64,000 nt of DNA from Lama glama (GCA_028534125.1 JAPYYK010000269.1:124001-188000), one strand, 5' to 3'; counted from the stretch's first letter, positions 13,271-26,499 are shown. Numbers and translations are program-made. Notes: generated by a model from the sequence alone, not told the origin.

Positions 13271-14719
13271 CTCTGAAACACTCTGTCCACCCCCTTTACT
13301 TGACAAGGAACTCAGATCTGACCAATAAGCTATCACTCCTCACACTGAAGTGAAATCTGTCTCTCTTCATCTTCTTAAACTCTAAGATGACTTTCTGGAA
13401 CCAGAGCACAGGTTAAGCCCAACTCTCCCTGAACAACTTCAAAGATCCGATGGTATTTATCATGTCTCCCTGTCACTTCCCCAAGACAAGCATCCATGAC
13501 ACCTTCAACTCGTCCTCCTATTAAATCTAAAATCCCTTTTCTGGATGTTCTTCAATTTTCTTTTGGCTTTTCAGACTCAGGTTCCAAAATACAACCCCCT
13601 GCCCCCTCAGTCTATTGGAATGCAAGACAGAAGTTCTGCAACGCCTGTGCCTTCACAGCATAAGTCATTCTCCATCTTTACAGTTAAGACACTGTGGTTC
13701 TGTGGTTTAATTTAAATTACTCCTGCTGACATTCAATTCAATTGTTTAATTTATTCACACCTCAAAATAAGTGTGTATCACGTACCCTAAATGTGCCCTT
13801 ATTAAATGCTCAAACTTACTTATTCTTTTAAAACTCTGAATTATTTTAGGTTTGTCTTTTTTTCAAATTCAGAAGTAGCATCCGAGATGAGAGCTGGATT
13901 ATCCCATGTGTTATGTTTTTACCTCAGCAGATACTTGTCCATAGCAATACAGGTCCAAATATATCTTTAATTAAAGTAAAAGGATGAAATTAAAATAATT
14001 GTAAAGGTGCAGCTCTATAATGATAGGAATATACTTTTAGAAGAAAAAGACTTTTATATCACTCTTCTCACGTCTAATGCTGTATTCAGAGCTGCCCAGA
14101 GGACCAAAGTACAAGAGTGCTAGGGCCACTTATAAAAAAGCGGAAAAGGACCAGGTTACATGGATGTGAGAGTCTCGGACAACACTGAATGTCAAATATC
14201 AAAGGCCAAGTCCTGGCTACTTAGCAAGGCTTAAGGCCAAAGGACGTCCTCCACTTTGCCTTGCAAACCAAGCAAAACTCACATCCAAACCTCATAAAAT
14301 ATTGAAGTTAGAAAGAATTTCTGTCCTCATCTGTTCAGGCCCTCCATCTCCAGTTCTAAAAACAAGAACTCAGAAAAATAAAATGAATTTGCAAAAAATA
14401 ACAGAGTTAGAGCACAGAGGATCTGGGAGAGAATACCAGATTTTCTCTTTCCAGGATTATGAAAGTTATCTCCATCCACTGAAGAAAAAGGTTCAAGTTT
14501 TTAATCCATCCAAGGATGTTTTTTTTTCTTGGCACTAAAGAGAATCATCAACAATACTGAGGGTAATGAGGAAATATAATTAAAACTGTCTTCACAGTTC
14601 TCAGCTCACTTGGTCTTGTTTGATGGAGCAGAAGGAGAAAACCATATGGTGCTTGAACAAGGATAAATTATGAATAAGGGGCCAAGAATGGTGATAACAC
14701 TGCACCAGAAATATTAAGC

Positions 14720-14890
14720 ACTAGTTCCCCCTCTTGGCTCCTCCCCTTGTGCGCCATGTTATCTGGGTAAGTCTCGCCAAGACACTGATCCACCATATTC
14801 TCATCCATAAAGTAGAGACAATGTCATCTTCTCTACTTGGTCCACTGAGTGACTATGTGGATCAAATGAGACAACGCCTCTGGAAAGGAG
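14720..14890 (+). mobile_element. MIR SINE
   Basis: 'ctgggtaagtc...ttctcatccataaagtagag...tgtggatcaaatgagacaa'. Confidence 0.65.
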
Positions 14891-15539
14891 TTTAGGACAA
14901 GGAAACATTTTCCAGGAGTGGCTTGGTGCTTCTAGGGGAAACCACTACTAGCTCCAAATCTTTTGTTTGATTCTCCAGGACCACAGCTCAGTGATTTTCA
15001 CCATAGACTTTGCCCCTTGACAAATACCCTTTTTCTGGGGTAGTGGACTTCACCTCCCCTTGTAGGTCTCAGCCATAAGACAGCCAGCAGCTTACAAAAC
15101 ACAAGCATGAAAAGGAAAGATTTTTTTCAGGGAACACAAAAATTCAAGTTGGTGCCAAACTCATGACAGATAATGCAAAAACAAGCAAACAAACAAACGA
15201 AAAACCCCAAAAACCTAAAAACAAACAAACAGACAAAAAACTAAAACAAGTTTCCCTTATAACAAACCAGAAAATCTGACTATAATTTCCACAGAGACAT
15301 CCGGATTGATGACAGAAATATGACATTTGTTTAGTTTTCTTTAAATAAGAGAAGTGCAACTTCAATAAAAATCCAATCAAATGGTGGATAATAAATGACA
15401 GAGCAGAGTTCACATGTGAATGAATAATTTACAGTGGTCAGAAGATGTTTTCAGATATAAACAAGATTAGGGGTTTAAGGTGGTGCTTGCTCATACTTTT
15501 ATACTGAAGGTTTTCTTCACTCTGTGCCCATCAGCTCTA

Positions 15540-15572
15540 TACACACACACACACATACACACACACACACAC
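15540..15572. repeat. (CA)n microsatellite
   Basis: Seen directly. Confidence 0.95.
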
Positions 15573-16497
15573 TCATACTCTGAGAAGGGGAGAAAAGATG
15601 ACAGACTGAAGATGTAATAGAGTCAAGAATATTTTTTGTGAAATAACTGAAGACAAGCATATCCGAGATTGTTGAAAAGAAGCTTATTGAGCCTAACAGA
15701 TTCTGAAGTCAACAGCATAAAGGGCACAGAAATACTTTCATCTTTCACAAATCATTCCCAAGAGCACCGCGGCCACAGGTTTTTGGAAGCCCTGAACTCA
15801 ACTGTGAGTTTCCCTGCACTCCTTTGACGTGATAAAGTAGGAGCCTCTTCTCCCAGCACCATCTATCCTCTGAATAACAACTGTGCTCTTATTGAGAATA
15901 TGGAGACATTAGCAGAGAAACTGATTCAATTCAACCAGTGTTTTCTGAGTCCCATGATAATTTCACCATGGATATCAGACTAACACATCTACAACAAAGG
16001 ACGAAATCAGAAAAACATGTTTAATCTAAGATAACAATTCTACTTGTAGAATTTATAGGCCTGGCAAGGTCCTAGGAGGACTGGGTCAAAAGGCTCACTT
16101 TGTGCATGAGGAAACTCAGAACCAGAGGACGTGTGACACTGATTCATACCAAGGAGAAGGTGTCGATACCTGTCTCACACTTTCCCCACACATCCCCCCG
16201 CCGCTCGCCTCTGCTTCTCATCATCCGCCATCTGTGCCAGAAAACACTGAGACCCCAAACCCTTCCCTCTGGAAGGCAGATGCTTATCACTACAATGCTT
16301 TTGTAGTTGACACATCCAAACTCAAGCCAATTTTTCCTGCCTTCTTACATCTTTCTTTTTTCTCCTCCTGTTTAACTTTCCTCTCCAAAAGCAACAGCAG
16401 TGGGGTTTTGCCAGGACTCTCTTTCCCTAAGTATTTAAAGGCTCTTTCTTCAAACGTCCAGTCAGCCCTTTCCCTGGGGTTACGCAGGGGTCTCCTT

Positions 16498-16523
16498 CAC
16501 ACACACACACACACACACACACA
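16498..16523. repeat. (CA)13 microsatellite
   Basis: Seen directly. Confidence 0.95.
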
Positions 16524-16759
16524 CTTCAATCCTGGTTGCCTTCTCATTTACAAAAAGTGTTACCGTATCATGTATGGAGTAAAATGACTCTAATATGTCC
16601 CAGATAATTTCCAAAGGATAACACAAATTAAAATAAAATGCACCTCTAAGCATATACATTAAAAGCTTAGAAGCACAGGAAGATGAATCATTGCACGTAT
16701 CAGGTTGAGTTTATCTGTTGGACGTATTCGAATTCCCCAGGTCTAAGGTTCTCTTTCAG

Positions 16760-17215
16760 AGTAGCTTACCACTTCCTGCATTTCAGCTTGAACCTGTTAC
16801 TCCCAATCAGGATGGCTTTCTCTCTAAACTCCCCCTCCAGCCACATCGTCCTTTATCCATACAGCTTCATGTATGCCTTTCTCCTTCCTGGAAGTATTTC
16901 CCTTTTCCATTTTGCTAATTCAAATTCTCCTCTTGATGCCTTCAAGTCTTAATTCAAGTTCTGTCTTAGCCACAGAGATCTCCGTCACTACTACAGTCCG
17001 CAATTTTCTCTAAGTATTTCATTGTACACTGTCTGGCGTTGCTCTATAATCACTAAATGTACATCTACCTTCTCAAATGGTAAGATTGTGGGGCTCATAG
17101 TTCTTAATTTTCCTTTATCTCTCCACAGTTTTTATCATGTGCATTTATTTTGTGGGTTATTATTATGTTAGAATTAATTCTGCCAGCAATATAAATTCAA
17201 TTCAATTGAACAAGT
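16760..17215 (+). mobile_element. L2 fragment
   Basis: Pyrimidine-rich 'ccctccagccac...tgcctttctccttcctggaa...ccttcaagtcttaattcaagt', decayed L2 3' region. Confidence 0.55.
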
Positions 17216-18199
17216 CCCTGAAAGATGACAGAAATTAAATAGGATAGCATCCTTGCCATGGCAGAAGTAATATGACAGTAAGGAAGGGGGACGCCCATAA
17301 ATAATTAACTCCTAAAACTTTCTTCTTAAGATAAAGGATTTTCTTTCAACAGTCTATAAATCTTTTACTACCGACTCACCGCAATATAACTGCATGTCTT
17401 ACATCCCAATACACCTATTTCCCTGAACTCACCGAACAAAGCCAAACATAATCAACTGTTGTGAACAACTCTCTTCTTGAGAGGAAGAAGTGTAACCATA
17501 CTGAAGACCTAATGCCTTGGTGCCACTAAAATGGAAGGACCTTTAAAAAAGAAGACGAAGTCATGTCAAGTAAAAAGAAATGATATCATTTTAAAATCCA
17601 GGGAGACTTCAATTTCCCAGTGTGTGTATTTAAAGAAAATGAACAGAAAATTGAAACTGTGATACTGGAATCTTTCCACTACATCAAAATAATGACACTG
17701 AACAGCCTAAGAACAATCAGAAAAAAGTGAATGCAGCCTCTGGGAATTCCAGTTTGGCTGGAATTACCAGGATTTCCCACTGATCTTTACCTTAATATAC
17801 CTGAACTTTGAATCAAGCTTATTTTTCATAAATTTACTGTCTCTTGGACTCTTGTAGAGAATGTTTCCTTCAGGAACTCTGAGAACTTTTCCCAGGGAAC
17901 CATTAATTCTTAACATATCTCTCCATAGCTTCAAATTCACTACAGTTTAAATTAAGCCCCACAAAATCTTAGATTAAAGAAGGAATTTAAACACATACTG
18001 CATCAGAGACAAGCCTCGGAGGTTCCAACACCAGCCCATGTTCTAACATCCCAAACCCAAATTGCTGGTCAATACATAATCGCCAAAATCAAACTCCTTT
18101 CCATTTGGAAGGAACAAGAAGCTAATTTTAATTTTTTACACACATGTCCGTCAATCCCAGGCCAGACACCAGTTTTAGCCCTGAGGCTACGTTACCCAC

Positions 18200-18560
18200 C
18201 TTATATGGACATTCACTCATTTCATGCACTTTATTAAAAACCTACTCTGCGTCTGATACTCCGTTGGAAAATACAAAAGGAGAACAGATAATTGCTGCTA
18301 TGAAGGAGTTTGTAATCAATATTAAAAGAAAAGACGTATTAAGAAATTATGGGTGAGGGAATTATATCAAGGCAAGTAAGTAAGACACTGTAGTAAGGAA
18401 AGCCCCTCTCTGGAGAGGTACTGGTCTAGCAAAGATGGTCCTAAGAGCGAGGCCTTTTGAAAGGGCTGCTGGGGATGCAAAGATGAGGAAGACTCAGTTG
18501 GTATCTGGAAGCGGCTTCCAGCTTGGGCTCAGGAGGGATGGAAGGTGACAGACAAAACCA
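18200..18560 (-). mobile_element. L2 fragments
   Basis: 'cattcactcatttcatgcactttattaaaaacctactctgcgtctgatact' is a reverse L2 terminus. Confidence 0.55.
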
Positions 18561-20859
18561 AGCCAACTATAAGGTGGGATTTATTTCATAGTAAAAAAAA
18601 AAATAATAATAATAGTAAATAATAATAAAGACAAAAACATAGCCAGAACAGAGAAGAAAGAAATTCAGTTTGAACAGGTGACATCAAAAAAGATTTCATG
18701 GGTGTTGGTGAAGCTATATATATTTGTTGGTGTTTTTTGGTTTTGTTTTGTAAAAGTAACATGTGATAAGGTTAAGTTAAAAAAAATAGTGCTGGGGAGA
18801 GAAGAGGGTATTATAATGGATAGAATTCGAAAAGTGGTTAACAGATGAAAAGAAATAGTTCAGGCTGTGAGCAAGGCAGAAAGGCAGCTGGAAGTTAGGA
18901 AGTCATGGGATGTCAGGTCCCAAGCCAGTGCCAAGGTGGTGGGAGGTGGGCAGGAGAGGCTATGCAGACGGGAGAGCAGGCTGGGGTACAGCTGTGCAGG
19001 TCTGACGCTGTGCTGGGGAGGGAGGAAGCACAGCCAGATCCCACAGCTGTCTGAGTGCTGGGATGAGAGGCTCAGTTCTGTTTTAGGAAGATGCTCCTGG
19101 TGGTGATTCATGAACAGACTGACTCCCAGGTAGGAAGCTTAGTCAGGTGGTCGTAGCGAGAGCCTGCAGGGCAGTGGAAGATTTGGATTTTTTTTTGGAG
19201 AGAAAGTACAATCCTGCAAGGAAGGGCAGGAGACAGAAGAAGGTGAGATAAGAGCTGGACTTCATCGGAGATGCAAAACACGACTGCTGAGGCGGCAGGA
19301 GGGGATACAAACAAGGGACGCACCGCGGACTGACTTTGGATGAACAGCACGTGGCATCTTCCCTCTTAGTTTCTCAAGGGTGAAATAAACACTTCACACT
19401 GACCGACGGCAAAAAGGCATGCGCTCTTGTCTCTAGGAATCTGCATCTTTTTTCTCTTTGTGTTATTTCCTCTTTTTTTCCCAGACCTGTAATATCTGGG
19501 GAGACAAGATGGCTATAGGCGGTCCAAAAACGTTGACAGGCTGTGGACCATAGCTGCCTCCTCTAGACTGTAATTTTAAGTCTCCAAGTAAGAAACCCTG
19601 AGAGATATTTATATCCAGCTAACTATGTATTTGCCCCCAGGCGGCAGCCCCAACAGGAGCTGTGTTTACTTTTCAACACTGAATGGGAAACATCATTTGG
19701 AAAAAAGCTAAATTTCCGAAAACCCACTCCACAACAGCCTAATTTTAGAACCTATGAAAGCTAATAATTTCAGAATTCTACCCAATGGTTCTTTGTTTAC
19801 ATTTTGTAATGCAAATCTAAATATATCATAAGGAAGATGTTAAGTAACACTTTATCTATTCATTTTCTTATTACTGCATTTATTTATTTATTTCCTCAAG
19901 CAAAAGCTCAGGGGCTGATGGCTTCCAGTTGGCGTTTATCTTCTGGACTGAAGATGGTTTTCCCATGAGAAGATAAGGAGCTGGGGAGAAACTCAGGTGA
20001 GGAAAAACCAGAGCTCCCAATTAAACTCTCCAGTGTAAAAAGAATGAAATCGAATAATCCCATACTCAGACAGCACAGGCTCCCTGCACCCTCTTCCTGA
20101 CAGCTTCCACCTCCGTAACGATGATTAAAATCAGAAGGACAGTGCACTGAGTCTAAATCTTACATGAAGAAAATAATAATCAAACTTGGTTCTCAGAGAC
20201 AGCCTGATTGTCAACAATACAAGACTTTAAAGTAAAGAGGAGATCAGTTTCAAAGCTCAAAACTTCTCTTGTGAAAACGCCTAGGAACCTTCTTGGGAAT
20301 TAAGCTTCTTTTACCAAACGCTGAAATGATCCTTCAGAAAATGAATCAGTAAGAAAAGAAAAAAGGCACTCCAGCTTGAAAGAAAGAGGACACATCCTAG
20401 GGGATGGAGAGAATTGGAGGTATTCCCAAACTCCTTTTGGAAGAAGACTTAGACGCATGGATGAATCAAACACAGTCGCTTTTGCCTAGCCTTTCACGGA
20501 GACTGCAGCCCTGTCGGAGACCTGGAAGGGAGGCCATCTCTTTTCAAGGAACTTGCTAGTTTTGATAAGATTGATACCATGAGCTTTACTGAAAATCCCT
20601 GTATTGGTAAAATAACGTCTTGCTCCCAATTTAAAAAAATTCCTCTGAGACCTGTAAGAGAAGCCCACATCTCTAGGAAGTTGTTTTTGTTTGTTTGTTT
20701 TTGTGTTTTGGAGGGAGTTAAAAAGTTCAGTAAATTACCTAGGTTATGAAGAAACAGCCAGCTACTTATCCACCTGCCCCCAGCTTCCTATTTCTGTCTT
20801 TCCACGCTCACGGTCAGAGTGCATATAGAAATTTCAAGTTGGTCTATTCACTCCCTCCT

Positions 20860-21320
20860 TGGCAGTCTACAGCTCCAACGCATCTTGGCGTCTCCACTTT
20901 CCTCCTCTCTCCCACAGACCTTTCATCCTTCCACCAAAGTCCGCTGCCCCGACCTTCCTCCACTTTCCAACCACACACATCTTCACAGTGTTGCTTGAAC
21001 GTGATGCCACGTTCTCTTGTGTTCCTGTTCTGTCCTCCGTGCCTGTCTGATCCTGTGTTTGGAATGACTTTTCCCCCACTTTTTTTTTTCCATTCCCAAT
21101 TTAAAAGCCACCGTCTCATAGAGGATTCCCAACACCCCCAGTTCCTTATATCCCTTCTTCTGTGGTTCCTAAGCACTTGCTAAACTCTTACAGCCCTGAG
21201 CAATTTGCACTGTTTACTCAGGCATTTTGCCCCCCTATTCCAGATATTTGGTCCTGAAGGGCAGGGACCCATGTCACATTCTTGTGACTCATAGGGGCTC
21301 AGCAAACATTTTTGAATGAT
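20860..21320 (+). mobile_element. L2 3' fragment
   Basis: 'tcctgaagggcagggaccc...ataggggctcagcaaacatttttgaatga' L2 terminus. Confidence 0.7.
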
Positions 21321-21899
21321 CGCATTTGGAAAGTTGCTGTGCACCAATTTCTCCAGAATATGTTCCTTCCATTTAAACTAGAAAAGCACTCGTATTTTTT
21401 ATATTGTTTCCACTTGAAGCATTGTTTTAATGTTTTTAAAAGGCATTCACTTTCCAATAAACCTCCCACTTTTTCGAAATTAATTCTGGTTTTATAGAGA
21501 CCATGCCTTTTATTGGACAGTATATTTTCCTGGGCATGACTTCAACATCGAGTTATACAGTTTCTGCCAACAATTTCACAAAACACACCTGCCTGATTAA
21601 TGAGAAATGTTTTGCAACGACATACCTGATATGGCCCCAGTGGGGTACAGTGCACACTGAGTGGGGTACAGTGAGTCACGAGGAACCAGGCAAACCTGAA
21701 ACCACTGGGCTTTTCTTCTCTCCCATTCAGTTCTGCCCAACTACTGCTCAACCTTCCCAAAGGGGGAGCGCCAGCCTGGGGGTGCTCCACATCCCAGGAT
21801 TCCTCTGCCAGGAGCAGGATCAGGGCAGTGGTAAAGCACCTACTGTATCCAGAAATTAGGTCTTGCAATAGTAAGCTCTGAGTGAAGCTTCCGCAGTCG

Positions 21900-22080
21900 A
21901 AAGTGATGCATGATTACTGTCATGAGTTCTTTGATTGATTATTGATTGCAATCATCTGCTCTCTCCCGTGATGGAGCTGGCTATAACTCGTCCATGCGGT
22001 GACGGATAATGCCACGTCCCTCTTTTTCAAAGGCAACGTATGCATATTGCTGCTCGAGATAAATTACTCATCGGCAGTGG
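21900..22080. promoter_or_regulatory. Candidate conserved non-coding element/enhancer
   Basis: Non-repetitive, CpG-retaining segment with CTGTCA (MEIS-type, 21917-21922), TGATTGAT (PBX-HOX-type, 21932-21939), palindrome GATTGCAATC and TATGCATA; motif matching only. Confidence 0.35.
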
Positions 22081-22619
22081 GGGATGGAGAAAGGGGGAAA
22101 GGAGCAACTCAAGTTTATTAGTGACTTAATGATACAGTGTGCTCACTATCTGCACCCCCACTCTACACAAAGAGGCTAGCCAAACTTACAATGATGAAGA
22201 GCTGGCATGTCAGGTAGCCTGGCTACTGGATTCTCTGCCAACAAAGGTAAACAATCTGATGCATTTGATAAGCCAAGTAGAAATTATGTTTTCAAAATAA
22301 CACTGAAATAATTCACTTCCATTTAAAAAAAAACAGTAAGGATCACTAATGAAGTACCTTAAGTTTAAACTATTTCTCTGGATTACCTTAATTAGGACCC
22401 AGAGAAAATAAGTATTAAAGATGAAATTGCACTCTCAATATGCAATGTAGTACTTAATCACTGCTTTTACTAAATGGGTGACCTTGACTAAGTTAATTAA
22501 GTGTTCTGAATCGCAGCATCTCCTCAAGGCCCAATGCATATTAGGCTCTCCACAAATATTTGTACGGCAAATGAACGAATGCTAATTTCTTTAGCTGTAA
22601 GGTGACTTAGAGAGTAAGT

Positions 22620-22783
22620 CAGGTCTGGCAAACTCAAATTCCTCATGAGGCCCAGCAGGCCAAGCGTGTGGATTAATCCAATGGGAGATGAGGAAGAGGA
22701 GCGCGGGGTTTGTAGTGAATTGGAGGCATTCAAATTTTATTTTCAAAATTGACTTGGCCAAGTTAAAGAAGTCTTCCTGATTG

Positions 22784-22832
<49 letters not shown>

Positions 22833-22875
22833 ATACACTGGATTTAATATGTGAGTTTCCAGTTTGCCCATCCTG
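22620..22875. mobile_element. hAT MITE with 15-bp TIRs (family uncertain), containing (TTA)15
   Basis: caggtctggcaaact (22620-22634) versus agtttgcccatcctg (22861-22875, rc caggatgggcaaact). Confidence 0.7.
22786..22830. repeat. (TTA)15 microsatellite
   Basis: Seen directly. Confidence 0.97.
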
Positions 22876-23049
22876 ACAGGGATCATGTTTTTGTTTTTTT
22901 TTTAAATGAAACTTGTCTGAGAGAATACATAGAAAGAATCTAATATAGGCCTTATGCTTTTTAAAAATAGAGGCTATACTTTCAATAGAATTTGAACATG
23001 AAGAAATTCAGAAAGCGTTTTTCTCACTCTCACAGTCTTCCATTAGTTC

Positions 23050-24352
23050 ATGCATGGGTAAACAAAACATGGTATATCCATACAACAGAACATTACGCAG
23101 CAATAAAAAGAAGAAAATACTAATGTATGCTCCAATATAAATGAACCTTCAACGGTGCTAAGGGAAATAAGCCAGTCACAAAGCCACACATTCACTAATA
23201 CTTATCAAAATAGCTGCAGTTAAAAACCGTGACAACGCCAAATGCTGGCAAGGATGCAGAGAAACTGTATCGCTCATACACTGCTGATGGGAGTTTAACA
23301 GGGTACGCCATTCTGGAAAACAGTTTGACATTTTCTTATAAAGCTTTCATGCAATTACCCTCCCACCCAGAAACTGCACTCTTAGACGTTTAGCCCAGAG
23401 AAAGAAGATGTATATTCATGCAAAAACCTGTAAAGAATGTTCATAGCAGTTTTATTCATAAAAGCACCAAACTTGAAACAGCCCAGATGTCCTTCAATGG
23501 GTAAACGGTTGTACAAACTGTCCTGCTTCTATGGAATACGATGCAGCAATAAGAAGGGACGGACTATGGATGCAGGCAGCAACCCAGATGATCTCCAGGG
23601 AATTATACCAAGTAGAAAAAGTCAGTCCCAAAAGGTTAAAAACTGTTTGATTCCATGGGATCATAGTTTTGAAATGACAAAACTTCAGAAATGGAGTAGA
23701 GATTAGCAGTCACAAGGGCAGGGATGGTGCGGGGGAGCGTTATGGGGCAACATGAGAACACAAGCATCCCAGTGGTCCCGGTGTTCTCCTGTGGCTTGAC
23801 CTTAGTGGTAGATACACACACCTACACATACAACAAAACTGTTTAGCATCAAATATTTGCACACACACAGGCACGCACACAAATGATTACAAGTAAAACT
23901 GGGGGGATCTGATTCAGATTGGTGGCTGGTATCAATGTCAGCACCTGGGTAAGAAGACACTGTAGTTCCACCATGTAAGATGTTACCATTGGGAGAGATT
24001 GGGTTAAGGATACACACAGGACCTCCAAGTGTTTATTTCTTACAATGGCATGTGACTCAACAAAACATCTATTAACACTTTTTAAAAAGGCAACAGACTG
24101 TATGATCCTATTTATATGAAATGTCCAGAAAAGGCAAATCTATAGAGACATGAAGTAGTTAGTGGAGGAGGGGCTGCAGAAAGGGTGGGGAAGCGTGTGA
24201 CTGGTAATACACATGGCGTTTCTCTTTAGATGGATGAAAACGTTCTGCAATAACAGTGGTGTTGAGGGTTGCAGAGCTTCAGGAATACACTCAAAGCCAG
24301 TGGATGGTACACATTAGAAGGGTGAATTTTATGTTATATGAATTATATTTCC
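23050..24352 (+). mobile_element. L1MB-like 3' end split by a nested L1 (outer parts 23050-23188 and 24085-24352)
   Basis: 'atggtatatccatacaa...aagccagtcacaaagccaca' resumes as 'aaggcaacagactgtatgatcc...aatgtccagaaaaggcaaatctatagagaca'. Confidence 0.8.
23189..24084 (+). mobile_element. L1MC/MD-like 3' fragment nested in L1MB
   Basis: ORF2 C-terminal remnant (ORF 23437: MFIAVLFIKAPNLKQPRCPS) and 3' UTR 'aagatgttaccattgggagag...aaggatacaca'. Confidence 0.85.
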
Positions 24353-25899
24353 TCCACCTTTGACTGCTGGTCTCCAGGCTTGGGAGGATGGCCCTCAGAA
24401 AAACGCAGAAGGATAGGACAGAGTTTACAGACAACTTTCTTCTCTCTCCTACCAGCCTTCAGGGAAGAGACTCCTTTCCTTAACCTTCAGGGTATTACTC
24501 ATTTGAAAGAAGGGCTTCCCACACACACAGCCTTCAATCAATGAGGATACACATTTCTCAGCTGCATCTTCCCCACTGAGCAGCACCTGAAGAGCAAATT
24601 CAGCTCCCAGCATACGCCTTAAATAATGTCCTTTGCTTTGTGCTGAAAGAGCTTCCAAGCCCAAAGCCATGTTAGTATCATTCTGTGCTTTGAACACTCA
24701 CTATACACAACAATTTGCAACCACGGGTCCAGTTCTAAAACTTATCTTGGTAAAACTTAAATGAGATCTATCCAATTTCCACAAAAGAGGGGAAAAAAAA
24801 TCTAAAGGAATGCTCAAGAGAATGAAAAGATACAGCTTTGGCATGAAATCCTCTTACCAATCATGATACATAACACATCTGCTCAGCATGCTTTTTTGAC
24901 CATTTTTCTAAGTGCCAGTATAAGTATTGTCTTCCGAGAGTAGAAGAAACTATAGGGTAGGGATCACTTTTGAATTTAGAGTAAGTTCTGCACATACTCC
25001 CCCTGATACGTGCCTAAGCACAGACGCCACTAGGATTTCTCTGCAGGTTTGATGATGCCTGGGAGGGCAACTACATCACTGTGTGAAAGATTGCAGTAAA
25101 ATCTCTACCTTTGCATTGTGCAAGGCAAAAGGGTGGAGGTGGTGATGGAAATGAGACTGGCTCACAGAAAGTAATAGTTGCTTAAGATGGTAGGTTGGTC
25201 TGGGGGATTTAATTTCTTTCTTTCTTTCTTCTTAAGATCAAGACTAAAACATGGATTGTGCTGCATTATTTCAGAACACCTTAGGAGGAATTAGTTCAGA
25301 GACTCAGCCTCAGAGAAAGTGATGACAGTAGGTAATGATGAAGCAGGAGAAGCTACCAAAGCGAGGTGGGAGTGTGGGTGTCAAGGGAGGTGGTTGAAAT
25401 ATTCTAAGATAGCAGTAGTGAGTAATTTTCCCAAGACAAGAAGAGTTCAAGCAAAAAAAAAAAAAAGAAAAAGAAAAAGAAAACTCATTATATATTGGGT
25501 CTATACAGGATATAGATCAGAGAGAGAAACATATTTCAATTGTCTCCTTTTAGGATGGAAAATCATATGAAATATTAAACACCTCTCTAGGGAAATAAGT
25601 TTGATATTTTTAAATGCCAAATCCAAACCATATGTAATGAATATATGACCTTGCTTTAAAATATATTTAAGCCAGTTGAACTGTCGTATTTCTTTTATTT
25701 CAAACTGGAGTTGAATGATTTTCAGCGGGGAGAAGGGAGAACATAGTGGAAAAGAATTTTAGCATGTATCAATTGCTTTTCGGGGATTTCTAGCAGCTTC
25801 CCTCTCTTCTGGAGATGAGCGTATACCTCATCCTTGTAGTGACAAACTGCCCTGGGTTTTTATTGTCTATGTGTGTTACACATCTCAGAGCAAGTCTGC

Positions 25900-25950
25900 A
25901 GGACTGATAACATGTGAGGTCACTGGCTGACTCATCAAGTCAAAGGCACC
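25900..25950. promoter_or_regulatory. Dense TF motif cluster (GATA, E-box, AGGTCA half-site, AP-1/ARE)
   Basis: ctgataacatgtgaggtcactggctgactcatcaagtcaaagg: TGATAA, CATGTG, AGGTCA and GCTGACTCAT within 50 bp; motif matching only. Confidence 0.3.
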
Positions 25951-26499
25951 CCTGGAGAGAAGGAAGCTCTCACAGAACAGCCCAGAGAACAGGAGTTTGC
26001 TTATAAGCAATGACTGCTTTGGGGTATGTGTCTGACTGTGCAGAAGGAGCCCCAAAGGTAGTGAAATTAATAGAAATTAATAGTAAATAGCAGGTGTTTA
26101 GAGGCCAAGTTGTCCTTATTTCTTTATAATCCCTGTGAAATTTCAGTGTTTTTCACTTCTGGGAACACCTTTTATCGGGAGCCCTTGCCTGCCTGTTTTG
26201 AGGTTGCTAAAGGCAATTACGATACATTAGACTGATGCTGCCAGAAGTGCGTCCCCTCAGTACCTGGTACCCAACGGGAAGCATGGGAACACTGCATCCC
26301 TGAATGCATTTTCAGATACACTGTAATGGTTTGGGACAAAGAAAGTCAAGATATACCTTTTCTGAGTTTTGGCAATTTCATTCCTTTTCTCTTGGAAAAT
26401 GACACTTATAATTCTTGACGTATGATGGAGGAGGAAGACCGCTAACCATAGTTCCCACTCTACCCACTGAGCAAGCACTTCCTTGGTGCCACTTCCCAA

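Noticed and set aside
16102-16587. Longest ORF in the track (161 aa)
   Set aside because: Starts in a MIR-like fragment and reads through a (CA)n repeat (HTHTHT); no recognisable domain or splice context; chance ORF.
20746-21183. Overlapping 145-aa and 110-aa ORFs on both strands
   Set aside because: They lie in a pyrimidine-rich L2 remnant where stop codons are naturally scarce.
23437-23706. ORF MFIAVLFIKAPNLKQPRCPS...
   Set aside because: Decayed L1 ORF2 C-terminus, not a host gene.
26274-26323. Possible minus-strand exon (ttacag|TGTATCTG...|gtac)
   Set aside because: Donors are weak and the translation is unrecognisable; not distinguishable from background.
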